DNA from: Nemertoderma westbladi
Taxonomy: Eukaryota > Animalia > Xenacoelomorpha
Assembly (NCBI GenBank): GCA_032718475.1
Contig: JAUCBJ010005512.1
Span: 90,270 to 154,269, forward strand
Length of the DNA: 64,000 bases
Reading direction: 5' to 3'
Shown here: positions 23,001 through 34,738 of the stretch, in pieces
Numbering within the stretch: position 1 is the stretch's first letter
Layout of the letters: every line of letters begins with the position of its first letter
Program-made: the position numbers and the translations under genes
Notes under the pieces: generated by a model
What the model was told of the DNA's origin: nothing
Database searches by the model: none
The model's input: only the letters and a program-made list of their open reading frames with translations

Positions 23001-26000
23001 GAAGAAATCCCTGAAGGATAGACGTGATGTCATGTGGGATAAGCGGTTGTGTTATAATTGCCTCAGACGAGGACATCAACGACGGACCTGTTACTCAGAC
23101 GCAAGGTGTGCTAAGTGCGGTGCGAAACATCACATCTTGCTGCACGCAGAATTTGACAGAACCCGCACGAGTCAGGTAAGTGAGCCCGAACTACATGTCC
23201 AATTCAGTGATGTGAACGACGCTGACCACAGTTCTGAGATGGAAGGATTCTACACGGACGAATTCTCCGACGAAAATGAATCCTGTTATATGATAAACAC
23301 CGCTGTGTATCTAGCACTTACGTACGAGACTGAATCGGAAGCGGAAAATCCTTGACTGACTATTCCGGACCGACAACCATCTTGGAAAACAACCAACTTC
23401 CTCCGTCGGTATCCGAGAATTCCCTGTGGTGCAACTGAGAGTCCATGGGCTAGGTAAGAGCCTCATAGTAAACGCCCTCCTTGACTCCGGCAGCATAGGC
23501 ACCTTCATTGACAAAGAACTAGCTGAAGACATCTTTGCTGGACAACCCAAGTTCTGAACTCAGTTGAACCTTTCCGGAATTATGCAGGTTTGGAAATCCA
23601 CAGTAGCTACAGATTACTACGTGGGTGCGTTGTCCACTCCCCAGGATGAACTAGGAGAACATAGTGTAAGGTCGGTCAAAATGGTGGCTATAAAGAACTT
23701 TGCTACTAGCCAAGTGGAGCCTTACAACTGGGATGAAGACCATTTTACCCAGCAACATAATATTCCTAGATTCAACACTGATTACCCAGGGGTGCAGATC
23801 TTAATTGGCCAAAATGCGCACGAAGTGCTTGAGACATTAGAAAAACGGCCTGCTCGACCGCAACCATTGCAGACGTACGCGGGAAGAACGAGAGTAGGTT
23901 GATACTTCACTGGACCTTCCCGTAGAACCCTAATGGAAAGACTCCCTAAGGAAAGAATACATCAGGTGAGTGAATGGGAAGAAGAAATCAGTAAGGGAGA
24001 AACCACCACTGAGGGAACCCCATACTCCTCAGATAATGACGACATTAATCAACTGTATGATGAGGAAAATGTCCTAGACATCCTCACTTAGAACCAAACT
24101 TGGTTAAACCAAGCCAACCTATGCCATCTTATCAATCAACATGGCGGACAATACACATATAATGACGAATTAAACGAAGTGATAGATCGATACAATAACA
24201 AAATCCGTGATGAACACGCCGTACGATTCTTTACTCAAGAAGCCGTAGAGCCTAATTCCTACGACAAAGCCTTGTCTGTCGAGGAAGAGAGAGCCAAGCA
24301 GATTCAGGAAACGACTACACGTTATCTGAAGGACGAAGGTCGCTATGAGATTGGTCTTCCGTTCCGACGGCGAGAACCCAGCTTTATAAATAACCGACCT
24401 TTAGCGGAAAAGAGAATCGCACAACTACATCGGCATCTTACGGCCAATGTTCAAGCCAGGGAAATGTATAAAACCCAGCTGAAGAAATTCATTGATAAAG
24501 GATACGCAGAGCGAGTTCCGGAAGAAACACCCATAACGGAGAGAACATATTATCTAACACATCATTACGTTCCCAAGCCTGGTAAACCCAACAAAGTCCG
24601 GGTAGTGTTTGACGGCTCCGCCCTTTACATGGGTCAATCCCTGAACTCAGAACTGTTGCCGGGACCCAACTTACTCCAATCCTTGTTGGGAATATTATTA
24701 AGACTGCGGCAATATTCTATCGCATTCGCTTCGGACATAGAAGGCATGTTCTTACAAGTCAAGGTGCTGGATAGGGATTGAGACAGCCTACGATTTATGT
24801 GGTGGCCTGAAGGAGACCTCAACCGAAAACCGGTGGAGTACTGGATGACCATCCAGGCTTTCGGGATAATCTCGAGCCCCTCGAACGCTTGTTCAGTAGT
24901 GCGTACAACTGCCGATGACAACCGAGACGCCTTTTCTAAAGCGGTTATCGACAACATCAAACGGGATATATACATGGACGACAATTTAAAGTCCCTCCCA
25001 TCGGTGGAAGAGGCCATTGATGTTGCCAAGGGAACGGTAGAGTGCTTGCAACGTGGTGGATTTCGACTAACCAAATTCACTAGTAACTCCCGTGAGTTTC
25101 TGGAATTGATCCCGGTAGAAGACCGAGGACCGAGGTGTTAAAGATCTGGACCTCATCAAGGACGATCTTCTGGAAACCAAAACGCTTGGCTTAAAAAGGG
25201 ACACGGAGAGAGATATCTTGTTTTTCCAGTTAAAACAGCGAGATAATCCAGTTAGAACTAAACGGATTTGTCTAAGTATCCTGAGCACTTATTTCGATCC
25301 ATTGGGATTTATTAGCCCAGTTATATTAGTTGCTCGGAGCTTAGTGCAACAAATGTGGCTCGAAAACCACTCGTGGGATGATCCACTTAAGGGAGAACTA
25401 CTAAAGAAGTGGACGAAATGGGAAGATTCTCTACCATCCATCAAGAACTTTAAGATTTCCCGTTCATATTTTGGTCACGTTCTCCCCACGTATTCCTATC
25501 AACTCCATGTGTTTCGAGACGCCAGCGATATGGGAATAGGTATAGTAGCCTACCTGAGGGTTGAAACTCCGGATGGAATTAAAGTTGCCTTGGTTACCTC
25601 TAAGGCCTTGATAAACAACAAATTAGAAAAAAACAAAAAGTTCCTCGAGCGGAGTTAAAGGCGGCTCTATACGCTACAGCCATCGGCTGGAATGTAACAG
25701 AACAGATCGACTATCCACTGGAGAAACTGTCTATTGGACTGATGCTTTACTCGTTCTGGAGTATATAACCAATGAAGTCTGTCAGTTCAGCATCTTCGTT
25801 ACCAACAGAGTAGCCATTATACTCAGTCGCTCTAATGTAGATCAATGGAGACATTGCCCTGGGACGATCAATCCAGCCGACATCGCCTCCAGAGGAGCAA
25901 CTCCTCAAGAACTGATAGATACTCCAGACTGGTTAGGTGGACCCATCTTCCTAAGTAAAGAAGAGGATGAATGGCCTCCTCATCTCACCACGGCGGAGAT

Positions 26001-27834
26001 TAGACAAGCCAAGGGAGCGGAGAAAGTCAAACCTAAAACCCGGACGAGTAAATCAAAGTTATTTAAACCCGTGATAGATCTGTCTGTACTACACACCTCC
26101 GGGGACGACGCCGTAGATCTAAACTCCCCCACCACGAACAAATCTGTTATAGAAATCAGAGAAAGAGACTGGAAATCTGGAACACCAGATGTCTCGCAAG
26201 GACTCTCCCCTCTTCTGAGAGAGCAATAAATCATTATAGCTCCTGGAATCGGCTTTGTAAGGCCGTTGTGTATCTTAAAAGATGTTTCCATCATCACTAT
26301 TCCAGGACGAAGATCGCTAGTGATACCGCTCCAATAATATCCGAAAAGGTCCATGCTATTAAAGACCTTCCCGCTTATAAAGTGTCTGATAGGTTTCTGA
26401 ATGAGAAGATCAGTTACCAAGAGCATGAGGATACCAATAAGCAGATACTGAGACTCCTGCAATGCTACGAAGATTCCAATAAGTATTTCCTGTTGTTGAG
26501 AAATCCGCAGATGCGCTTAAGGGATCGTTTCTCTAGCACAATGATGGATGGGTTAATACGTGTCGGAGGGATAAAACTAAATTTCCCATACTCATTAGAA
26601 ATCTTGAAACACAAATCAAGATGATTGTAGATGTTCACAGTAGGCTTTACCATGCTGGTAGAGAACGAGTTCTTAGCGAAATTCGAACTCGCTATTATTT
26701 CCATGAGCCCCGTAGAGCTCTGAACCAAGTTCTTAGGAACTGTATACCCTGTAGGAAAGCATTCAGTAGGCCTTTAACACAGCGAGAGGCAGAATTACCT
26801 AGGGAACGAGTAAGCTTCTATGAACCACCCTTTACTAATACTGGTGTGGATTTATTTGGCCCTATTGAAGTATATCGTGCTAGGACTATAGTCAAGCGAT
26901 GGTGTGTAATCTTTGTCTGTATGACCCATCTAGATATGGTGAACGATCTATCTACCAACAGCTTCATACTGAGTTTACGCCGACAGATCGCTCGTTTTGG
27001 AACTAGCAACACTATGAGATCCGACAAAGGAACGAACTTCATTGGCGCCAATAATGAGATCAAAGCTTACATGAAAGGTTGGAACCAAAGACAGGTGGAC
27101 GATCAGCTAAGGATAACGGCATCTAGCTGGACCTTCACGCCGCCGATGCCCCTTGGTGGGGAGGAAGTTGGGAGAGATTAGTACGGAGCGTGAAGACCGC
27201 ATTTCACTTTATAGTGCCGTGCCGCGCGTATCTCACCGATGAACCTTTGCGGACGTTAATGGAAGAAATCGCCGCCTATCTTAATGAGAGACCGCTTATG
27301 CCAGTCTCATCGAGTCCCGACTCCCTAGAAGCGCTAACACCCGCGCATTTCCTACTGAAGAAACCTGTAGCCATGCTCCCTCAATCGGAAATCACGGACG
27401 GAGACGAATACTGCCGACAAACTTGGCAACTTATGCAGTTACTATCCCGTCGTTTTGCTGACCATTTCAAAAAACATTATCTTCCTACGCTACAACTTCG
27501 AACAAAGTGGTTTGCGCAGCAAGAAAACGTCAGCGCCGGAGACATGGTCCTTATTGTGGAATCAGATCTTCCATGTAAGAGGTGGCAGACAGGTCGTATC
27601 ATCGAGACTCATATATCCGATGATGGTTTAGTGCGATCGGTAGAACTCGTCGTCATGCGACATAACTTTAAGAAACCTGGAATTGTATTCGAAACACAAC
27701 AACTTAATCGCCCAGTTGGTCGTTTATGTTTACTGGAACGAGACCGAGAGTTATCCGGAAACTATGGAAGGCAAGATACTCTTCCCACGACCACCTCCCT
27801 AATCCAACAAACATCTAGGGACTCCCCAACGTAA
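20023..27834 (+). pseudogene. BEL-A gag-pol polyprotein, multiple stops and frameshifts
   Basis: Gag (VKFNGDEMKWLPF; knuckles CALC..H, CYNC...GH...C, CAKC..HH.LLH), protease LLDSGS, RT (KVRVVFDGS, SDIEGMFLQV, YMDD), Pao RNase H (FDPLG, DAS, NPADIASRG), integrase (GVDLFGP, SDKGTNF). Confidence 0.93.
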
Positions 27835-28365
27835 CAGCATCCAGAGTGGGTGTGTGACTACATTATTTTATATTTTTTTTTTATTATTTTTATATTTATG
27901 TATGCATTATTATGTAATTTTATTATTATAATCGTTTTCTTTAATATTATTTAGTAGAATAATATTTTAACGATTATTCAGTAGATTAGTGCAATATATA
28001 TTCGTGTTTATTACTTAATTACTTAGCATTATATATTTCGTTTAACGGCGAGAAACAATTCATTTTCTCTTTCCTTACTGTCCGTATTATACTATAAATA
28101 CATGACTACAGTAAGATGAAATGTCCGTACTTATTAAAGTACAAAATACCGCCCCTACTATACTCAAGTATTATTGGTAAGTAGAGTATTAGGAATGCAA
28201 AGTTCAGATCCTCGTGTCTCGGCTAAACCAAGCTCTGGGTAGACCTTGGAAACGACTTGCCTCTTCTCACTGACATTGCTTCTTGCAATATTGCTCTCAT
28301 ACCGTATATTAAATAATACATATAGTAGAATGATGTCCATTTAACAGTAGCGTTAAAACGCAAAA

Positions 28366-28680
28366 TAAATCTGTTAAACCCTTTGACCATCTGAAATTCT
28401 AGTCGATTAAGATATCGCGGCACCCACCGATGTACTTGAAAGACAAATTCTAGAATCAGTGGTTAATGGCCCCAGACATGTTCTGGAATAAATCGGTGCC
28501 CATCTTAAATATTAAATATTTAATAAATATTTATAAAATCTGTTAAAACAAATGTTATAATAGAGTAAATGCTGACAAATTAACTCTAGAGTTTGTAAAT
28601 CAAAATCTGTTAAAATTTCGATCCTTTAAAATTCTAGTCGATTAAGATATCGTAGCACATGTTCTGGAATAAAATTGTGT
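28366..28680 (+). repeat. Imperfect direct duplication in the BEL-A/C post-pol non-coding region
   Basis: aaatctgttaaa..aaattctagtcgattaagatatcg..gcac..catgttctggaataaa occurs twice; also present in BEL-C at ~59455-59815. Confidence 0.7.
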
Positions 28681-28731
28681 CTACTTTAATATCAAATAAT
28701 AAAATTTACGGGAATAAATTTAAATTCATAA

Positions 28732-30655
28732 TATTCGAAGAGACGGTAACAATACCTGCAATATCTTACTGTAAAGTTTGTAAATCAAATCATAAATCCG
28801 ACCTTCTCACCAAAACAGTAAACTCTAAGTAAGCGAATATATTGCAGTATCGATCTCTTATAACCGGTGAGGCAGAAAACAGTCTACGAGCAGACAAACT
28901 TCGATAAAACAAAATCCCGCGCAGCGAATCCTAAAATCAGGCTGACTCACTGACGGACTAAGGGGCTCGTACACTTTGCCGCGGTGTGATTTATATGGTT
29001 TGGGCGAAGAGACGCTAGCTAGGTACACAGGCAGAGATTTGGAGATGTCTAACTAGCGGGCAAAGCACAGTACGGACAAAAGTTAAATTTTATATATTTT
29101 GAGGTGTAAATAATTCCTAACGCGCGTGTGTTAATTCTGAACGGTCAAAAACAGTTTTGCTCCTTCACATATATAATTACTGGGTACGGTGTGCATTTTA
29201 CGAATATTCTAATTTTGCAACTTGTAGGTCCAATACTCACGAATGATAAAGTTCCTTCCCCTCTTGCGTATTTCCAGGACTCAAATTCAGGCATAAAGTT
29301 AATGCTACGCCCAGAATTCGGCAATTTTAGGTACCAGGTCCCTGATACTAAGAAGAGATGTGTTAGTTTACTACTGTAGGCGTACAGTTACTAATAGCTA
29401 TCCTGGCTCCTATCTAGAATTTTAGTCACCCAGGTAGTCCGGGTAACTTCCTATTAGGGCGTTGGCGGGGACACGGTAGATGTTAGTATATCCCTAATAG
29501 CCTCAATTTATTTGCGCCTAGCTGTAAACTGCCCTACCGCCTGAACGGTACAATCCCAATTCAGGTGAAAACACAGCAACCCCCCTAGCCTACAAGTTCT
29601 AATGCAATGGACACTGTCGTACTACAAATAGTCGCACACACATCTGTACTTAGCAAGAGTTAGGCGTACAGTTTGCTGCACCCTACCAATTTGTATGCTT
29701 CGTACCGGTGTGCCTACGTCCTATCTGCGTACTAGTATCTGCCTGCTCTTTCCCTCTCCCCCGTAGGAATGTGAAGGTCTACTGTGGTTTTTCCTGAATC
29801 GAGACAGTACAGTCCCTAAGATGTAATTTTAGGCTCACAGCGTGTCACTACTTCTACCTTTTGATCTTTGGTCTTACGCTTAGGTAGCGAGGTGTCGAAC
29901 GCTGTCTAACCTTCAGGCGATGGGCGAATAACTCAAGATGGTATTGTGGGTTGTCCCTTGTCTACATTCCCGTGATGTTCCCGTTCATTGCTGCGGCCCG
30001 ATCTCTAGCCGGCCATCCTGTCCTTAACTTTGTTCACCGTAGTGAATCATGGTAAAACAGATAGAAAAGGCAGATTAGCAATAATTCTGACTTTATTACA
30101 GAAGATTATAATAATATGTACAATGTAATCTGAAATAAACTAAGCACGACAGAATTAAAGTGATGTGTGTGAGAGATTGAATGAGAAGTATAAGATAGAT
30201 TGAGAGATTGAATGATAACTAATGAACAAATCGCACCTTTTTATACTAAATTTGTGCCGCAATCAATCGAGAAAATTCTCGATTGTTCTATAGGTTCTAA
30301 CGGGGTTTTAAAGATAGCTATTGGTCCAGCTAATATATAACTTGCACGACATTGGTTACAATCAAATAACTACAGTCTCATTGGTACAGACAAATGCAAT
30401 TAATTTGTAGCGGTCAATTTAAATGAGTTGAAATTCTGCACAAAAAATAATTCGCACTTACTAGGATTCGAACTCAATACCTACTACACATATAATTTCC
30501 AACGCTCTACCGACTGAGCTACTGAACCACTTGACCAATAGGCGTACAATAGATATAACAAATACAAATGAGGATTCAAAGCAATCTTTTACAAAGTTAA
30601 TTCGAATAAAATAAAATTTTGAAAATCCACGGCATTTAGGGAATATAATTCTATA
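28732..30655 (-). repeat. BEL-B 3' LTR (TA..TA termini)
   Basis: Direct repeat of 43855-45777. Confidence 0.95.
30461..30528 (-). ncRNA. Degenerate tRNA-like/SINE-head Pol III cassette in the BEL-B 3' LTR
   Basis: ggttcagTAGCTCAGTCGGtagagc...GAGTTCGAATCC gives A and B boxes, with T6 shortly downstream. Acceptor and anticodon stems do not pair. Confidence 0.6.
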
Positions 30656-31214
30656 CCGCTCCATGAAAACAGGATATTATCGTGCATAAAATATACGGTT
30701 TTCACCAATAATCAATCAAACTATAGAGTACTTAGGGCGTACTTACATATTTACAATTAAATTTCAAACAATACTTCCTTTCTACGTAATGATTCGATAC
30801 AAAATAATTACAAATTCAAACTTTACGTATTTAAGGCTTTACTAAGTAAGTACAATATAAATCTAAATTAAATTCACCAATATAAATCTATTGCATCTCA
30901 ATATTGCATAAATTCAAACAATTACAAATACAAATAAATGAAAACAATAAGAAAGGCTCGCGAGTCTTCCATCTACTATTGCATCTCAAATATTGCATAA
31001 ATTCAAATAATTACAAATACTTTCGTACCTAAATGTAGATTGCATAAGTTTGGAATAATTACAAATATGAGTCTTTCTAAGCACAAAACTTTCTGACTAT
31101 AAAACTTTCTAAATACAAAATATAACACTTCACAAATAAAACTATAAGAAAGGACCACGAGTCTTCCATCTACTCTTACTTTCTGTGTTACTGTAAATAC
31201 TGCCTATAAAATGT

Positions 31215-31312
31215 AAATTGCATAATATTCGGAACAATATAAATTGCATAAGTTCGGAATAATATAAATCGCATAAGTTCGGAATAATATAAATTGCATA
31301 AGTTCGGAATAA
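31215..31312. repeat. 25-bp tandem repeat in the BEL-B 3' non-coding region
   Basis: (aatataaattgcataagttcggaat) x ~4, with further degenerate copies nearby. Confidence 0.8.
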
Positions 31313-31595
31313 TCACAAATATAAAATATAAATTCTTACTAAATATAAATCTTTACTAAATATAAACATAAACTGCATAAGTTTAGAATAATATAAACTC
31401 CTTTGCATCTCAAATATGAAACATAAATCTTTCAAATATAAGTTCCTTCTAAATATAAACTTTCTAAATTTCATAAATTCGGAACAATACAAATTGCTTA
31501 AGTTCGGAATAAACACAAATATAAATATAAATTCAAATAAATCACAAAATCATAAGAAAGGCTCACGAGTCTTCCGTCCACCCTTGCCCTCCCTT

Positions 31596-33540
31596 TTATC
31601 GCTTAGTTGATCGAGCCCTGCCGCGTCCTCGAAAACTGCGCACAGGTGACTTTGCTCGCGATATGGGACTCGTGGAGCGAGTCACTGGTTTACTTGGGAC
31701 GTTGAGAGACGGTGCGACTATTTCCTCGCAAATTCGTCTATTTGGCATCCCAAAACCCCGACCGATTCCTCGTGACCGATCAGTTGTCACTACAGTTGGT
31801 AGAACGTCTGGGAACGCGCGAAAAGCGGACGACGCAGACCCAAGAGTAGCTTGCGCCCCCTGTTGATCAGCTGGTGTATGTCCCGATCCTCCTACTGGTT
31901 CTCTTGGAAGCGATACCGTATCCCGAGTAACTCGAATGGTCGGCTCAACTCCCTTGCGTTCTTCTACATTAATAATTTTCTTTAATTGTTGGCCCACCTT
32001 TTGGACCCGTATGATCCTACCCTGCCCGTCCTCCCGAGGGTGACGTGCAGACGGCGCAACCGGAGTGGCTGGTATATTTGTCGCCTCTAGGACCTCTTCT
32101 TCCTCGAATACGCTCGCTCGTATACGTTTATGGTAAAACGCGGCTCGGTACGCCCATGCGACGGTTAACCAAGCTCCTTTATTCCGTTTTTCAGTTCGGA
32201 AACGATCGAATTCACCATATGTAATGCGGTTAACGACTTTCTGAAAATTCCACGTGTTTTTGTTATCCGGGTGAATCTGTAGTAGATACTCGCGCACTAC
32301 TCGGAATCCACTGTCGTGGGGCAAAATATCGACAACCTCGATAAGTTCGTCATATTGGGGCATAGCGGAGATGTATCCTTCCGACATCATCGTTTGAGGA
32401 TTTACCGCCCAAAATCCGAGATGCGCTCTCATCGGAAACCGTCTTCTTTGTGCCGATACATGTTCGTCGGCTAAATCTTCCCACTCATCAAATAATTTCC
32501 TCACGAGTTTTACAGATTCGTGTTCATAAGGTATGTCTCTTAGTTGGCATTCAGATGCTCGATGTCCTTTTATATTGCAATAAGTACATTGAGCCATAAA
32601 TCTCCAGCAAGTATAAAAGGTATGAGACCCTTGATCCCCACACCATCCACAGATTAGCTGAGTCGTAGTAATGTGCTTTCCACTGCACTTTGTCATATGA
32701 TGTCCAGCGACGCCACATTTACTACACATCGTATTGGCAGGGTACCACACTCGTTCGTATATAAGATCTCCAATCGGTCGAGCGCTTCCTCCCACACTAT
32801 AATCGTAATCATCTGGGTCTATGGGTTGGTAGGTTTCTGAAGGTTGTATACAAACTATAGCATCTGTTGCTTCAAGTTGTCGAATCTCCGTCTGAGATTT
32901 CTTCGGGAGGTTCCTTTCTATCTCAAGAAGTTCCTCTAAAGGATCGTCAGTGATCGTAGTAGTTACTTCGAAATCATCACCGAGGTGACCGATAGGCGCG
33001 CGCGTCTGCCGTGATTCTTCCGTAATCTCCACGATACGTTCTCCTTCATAGGGTAACAATGTAAACATAGATGGTCTTTCGATAAGAGATCCCGCATTGA
33101 TAATAAAGTTTATAAACTGAAAATGCTTCCTTGGTTTCTCTATCGTCCCCTCGAGTTCGTCTGTAAAGATGCATTCCATCAAATTCATCTCTTACCGCAG
33201 GCATAGGTTCGTGCGCCTTTAGGTATTGCATGGTATGATACAAACGACTAATTTCAGTATCGGGGTCCTCGCTAATATCTCCCGTATCACACAAGGCGTC
33301 GTACGGGTAAAGTTCGTTGAAGGTTTTGCGCAAACTTTCGATTCTTTCGTTTAATGCATTTTGTCTTCTCTTTAATACGTTCGAGTCATATTTAGTTCTC
33401 GCGAGTTTCGCTGTACTTTCCGATAATTCCTTTATACCGAATATAGTGTAGTCCTTGGCTCCAAATCTTTCGAATGGCGCTGCTGCCTCCTCTTGGATAT
33501 CATATCCCCATCTCGGCTCTCCTTGTATCCCTTTCTCCAT
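31596..33540 (-). CDS. BEL-B accessory ORF after pol (two overlapping frames 33046-33540 and 31596-33188; probably one frameshifted gene) with three CCHC zinc knuckles
   Basis: CSKCGVAGHHMTKC, CGWCGDQGSHTFYTC, CTYCNIKGHRASEC. The N-terminal part is homologous to the BEL-A accessory ORF. No signal peptide or TM segment evident. Confidence 0.75.
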
Positions 33541-34202
33541 AATTAGGGGTGTAGTTACATAATCATTACTACTAGAGGGAATACAACAGAGTTTGTAGTT
33601 AGTTATGAGGAGACGTGAGAGTTTCGTCTGCCCTTTGGGCTCGACAACGCTCTAACCTCCTACCCATAGCCTAAGATCTAGGGTTTCTTTAATGACACGC
33701 TGCTTCTTATCTAAAATTTTTTGCCGAAATAAAAACGAATTTGGGCTAAACTGGCTGTGAGTCTAAAATACTCACTTTTTGATCCCAAACTATTATCAGA
33801 AAATAAGCAATCAAGAATTAGTAATAAATATAGGGGAGTCTATTTTGACGTAACTTATTGAAACAAGACCGTGTAAAATTTAATTAAAAAATTTTTAAGA
33901 AAGGCTCGCAAGTCTTCCTCTCTTGTTTCTCTAATTTTAAGTTCCACCCGACTGTACCCTGAAATCTATTCACTGGAGAAAATTTTAAAAATTTTTCAAA
34001 TCCAAATGGATTGTCTAAATTTTCGAAAATGTCTCAATATTGTGAGTTCCAAGTAGAATTCCATTTCTTATACCTACAAATCCCGCTCCTATGTGACACA
34101 TAAGGGTACTACCCTCAACGTTCACATATAAAGACAATGGAATTCTACCGCTGTCCTTACTACGGTGTACAGGTACGTGGAAATCTATTTGTAAACTCCT
34201 AA

Positions 34203-34730
34203 TTATTTACTAGTATTAGGTGGAGATTTGTAGTCTCCAGACTCGTTACGAGTCTCTTCAAGAAGTACGAGACGTTGAGTCGGTCTGTTAACTGTACGAC
34301 CGTCAATTGTCCGTACCGTCACAGTTCTTGTCACTCCATCCATAGATGGATGTGTGGCTAAAATTACACCTGTTATCCAGAAGCGTCTTTTTAGATTCAC
34401 TTCCGCTAACAGCACGTGATCTCCCGGCTTTAATGCGTGGGTGTTATTGTACCAAGTTGTTCTGGCAGAAATAGAGGGCAAATAATGGTTTTGCCATATT
34501 TCCCAGAAATTGTTAGCCAGTAGTTGCGTGATTTTCCACGCCTTTCTACCGTAGCTGTCGCTTTCTATTGGAATAGAAATCGGCGTCAAAGTGGTCGGTG
34601 CCTGCATTAGCAGGTGTGCCGGTGTCAAAGCAAACTGAGATTGTTTGTCATCGGGTACTAATACTATTGGTCTAGTATTTAGTATTGCCTCGATTTCAAC
34701 AAACAATGTTGTCAGTTGGTCGTCTGTCAA
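34203..34730 (-). CDS. BEL-B integrase C-terminal part (frameshifted continuation of pol)
   Basis: LTTLFVEIEAILNTRP..LTPAHLL..FWEIWQNHYLP..GDHVL..DGVTRTV..RPTQRLVLLE, the Pao integrase C-terminus. Confidence 0.9.
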   Translation of the reverse strand: MTDDQLTTLFVEIEAILNTRPIVLVPDDKQSQFALTPAHLLMQAPTTLTPISIPIESDSYGRKAWKITQLLANNFWEIWQNHYLPSISARTTWYNNTHALKPGDHVLLAEVNLKRRFWITGVILATHPSMDGVTRTVTVRTIDGRTVNRPTQRLVLLEETRNESGDYKSPPNTSK

Positions 34731-34738
34731 TATGTGGT

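Noticed and set aside
29128-29379. Short ORFs inside LTRs (also 44250, 48734, 50957, 62396)
   Set aside because: Non-ATG or short, duplicated only because LTRs are duplicated, and not conserved between families.
30461-30528. Functional tRNA gene, or element-encoded tRNA primer
   Set aside because: Acceptor and anticodon stems do not pair, and there is no complementarity to the PBS.
31596-33540. env gene
   Set aside because: No signal peptide, TM anchor or Cys-rich glycoprotein pattern is visible.
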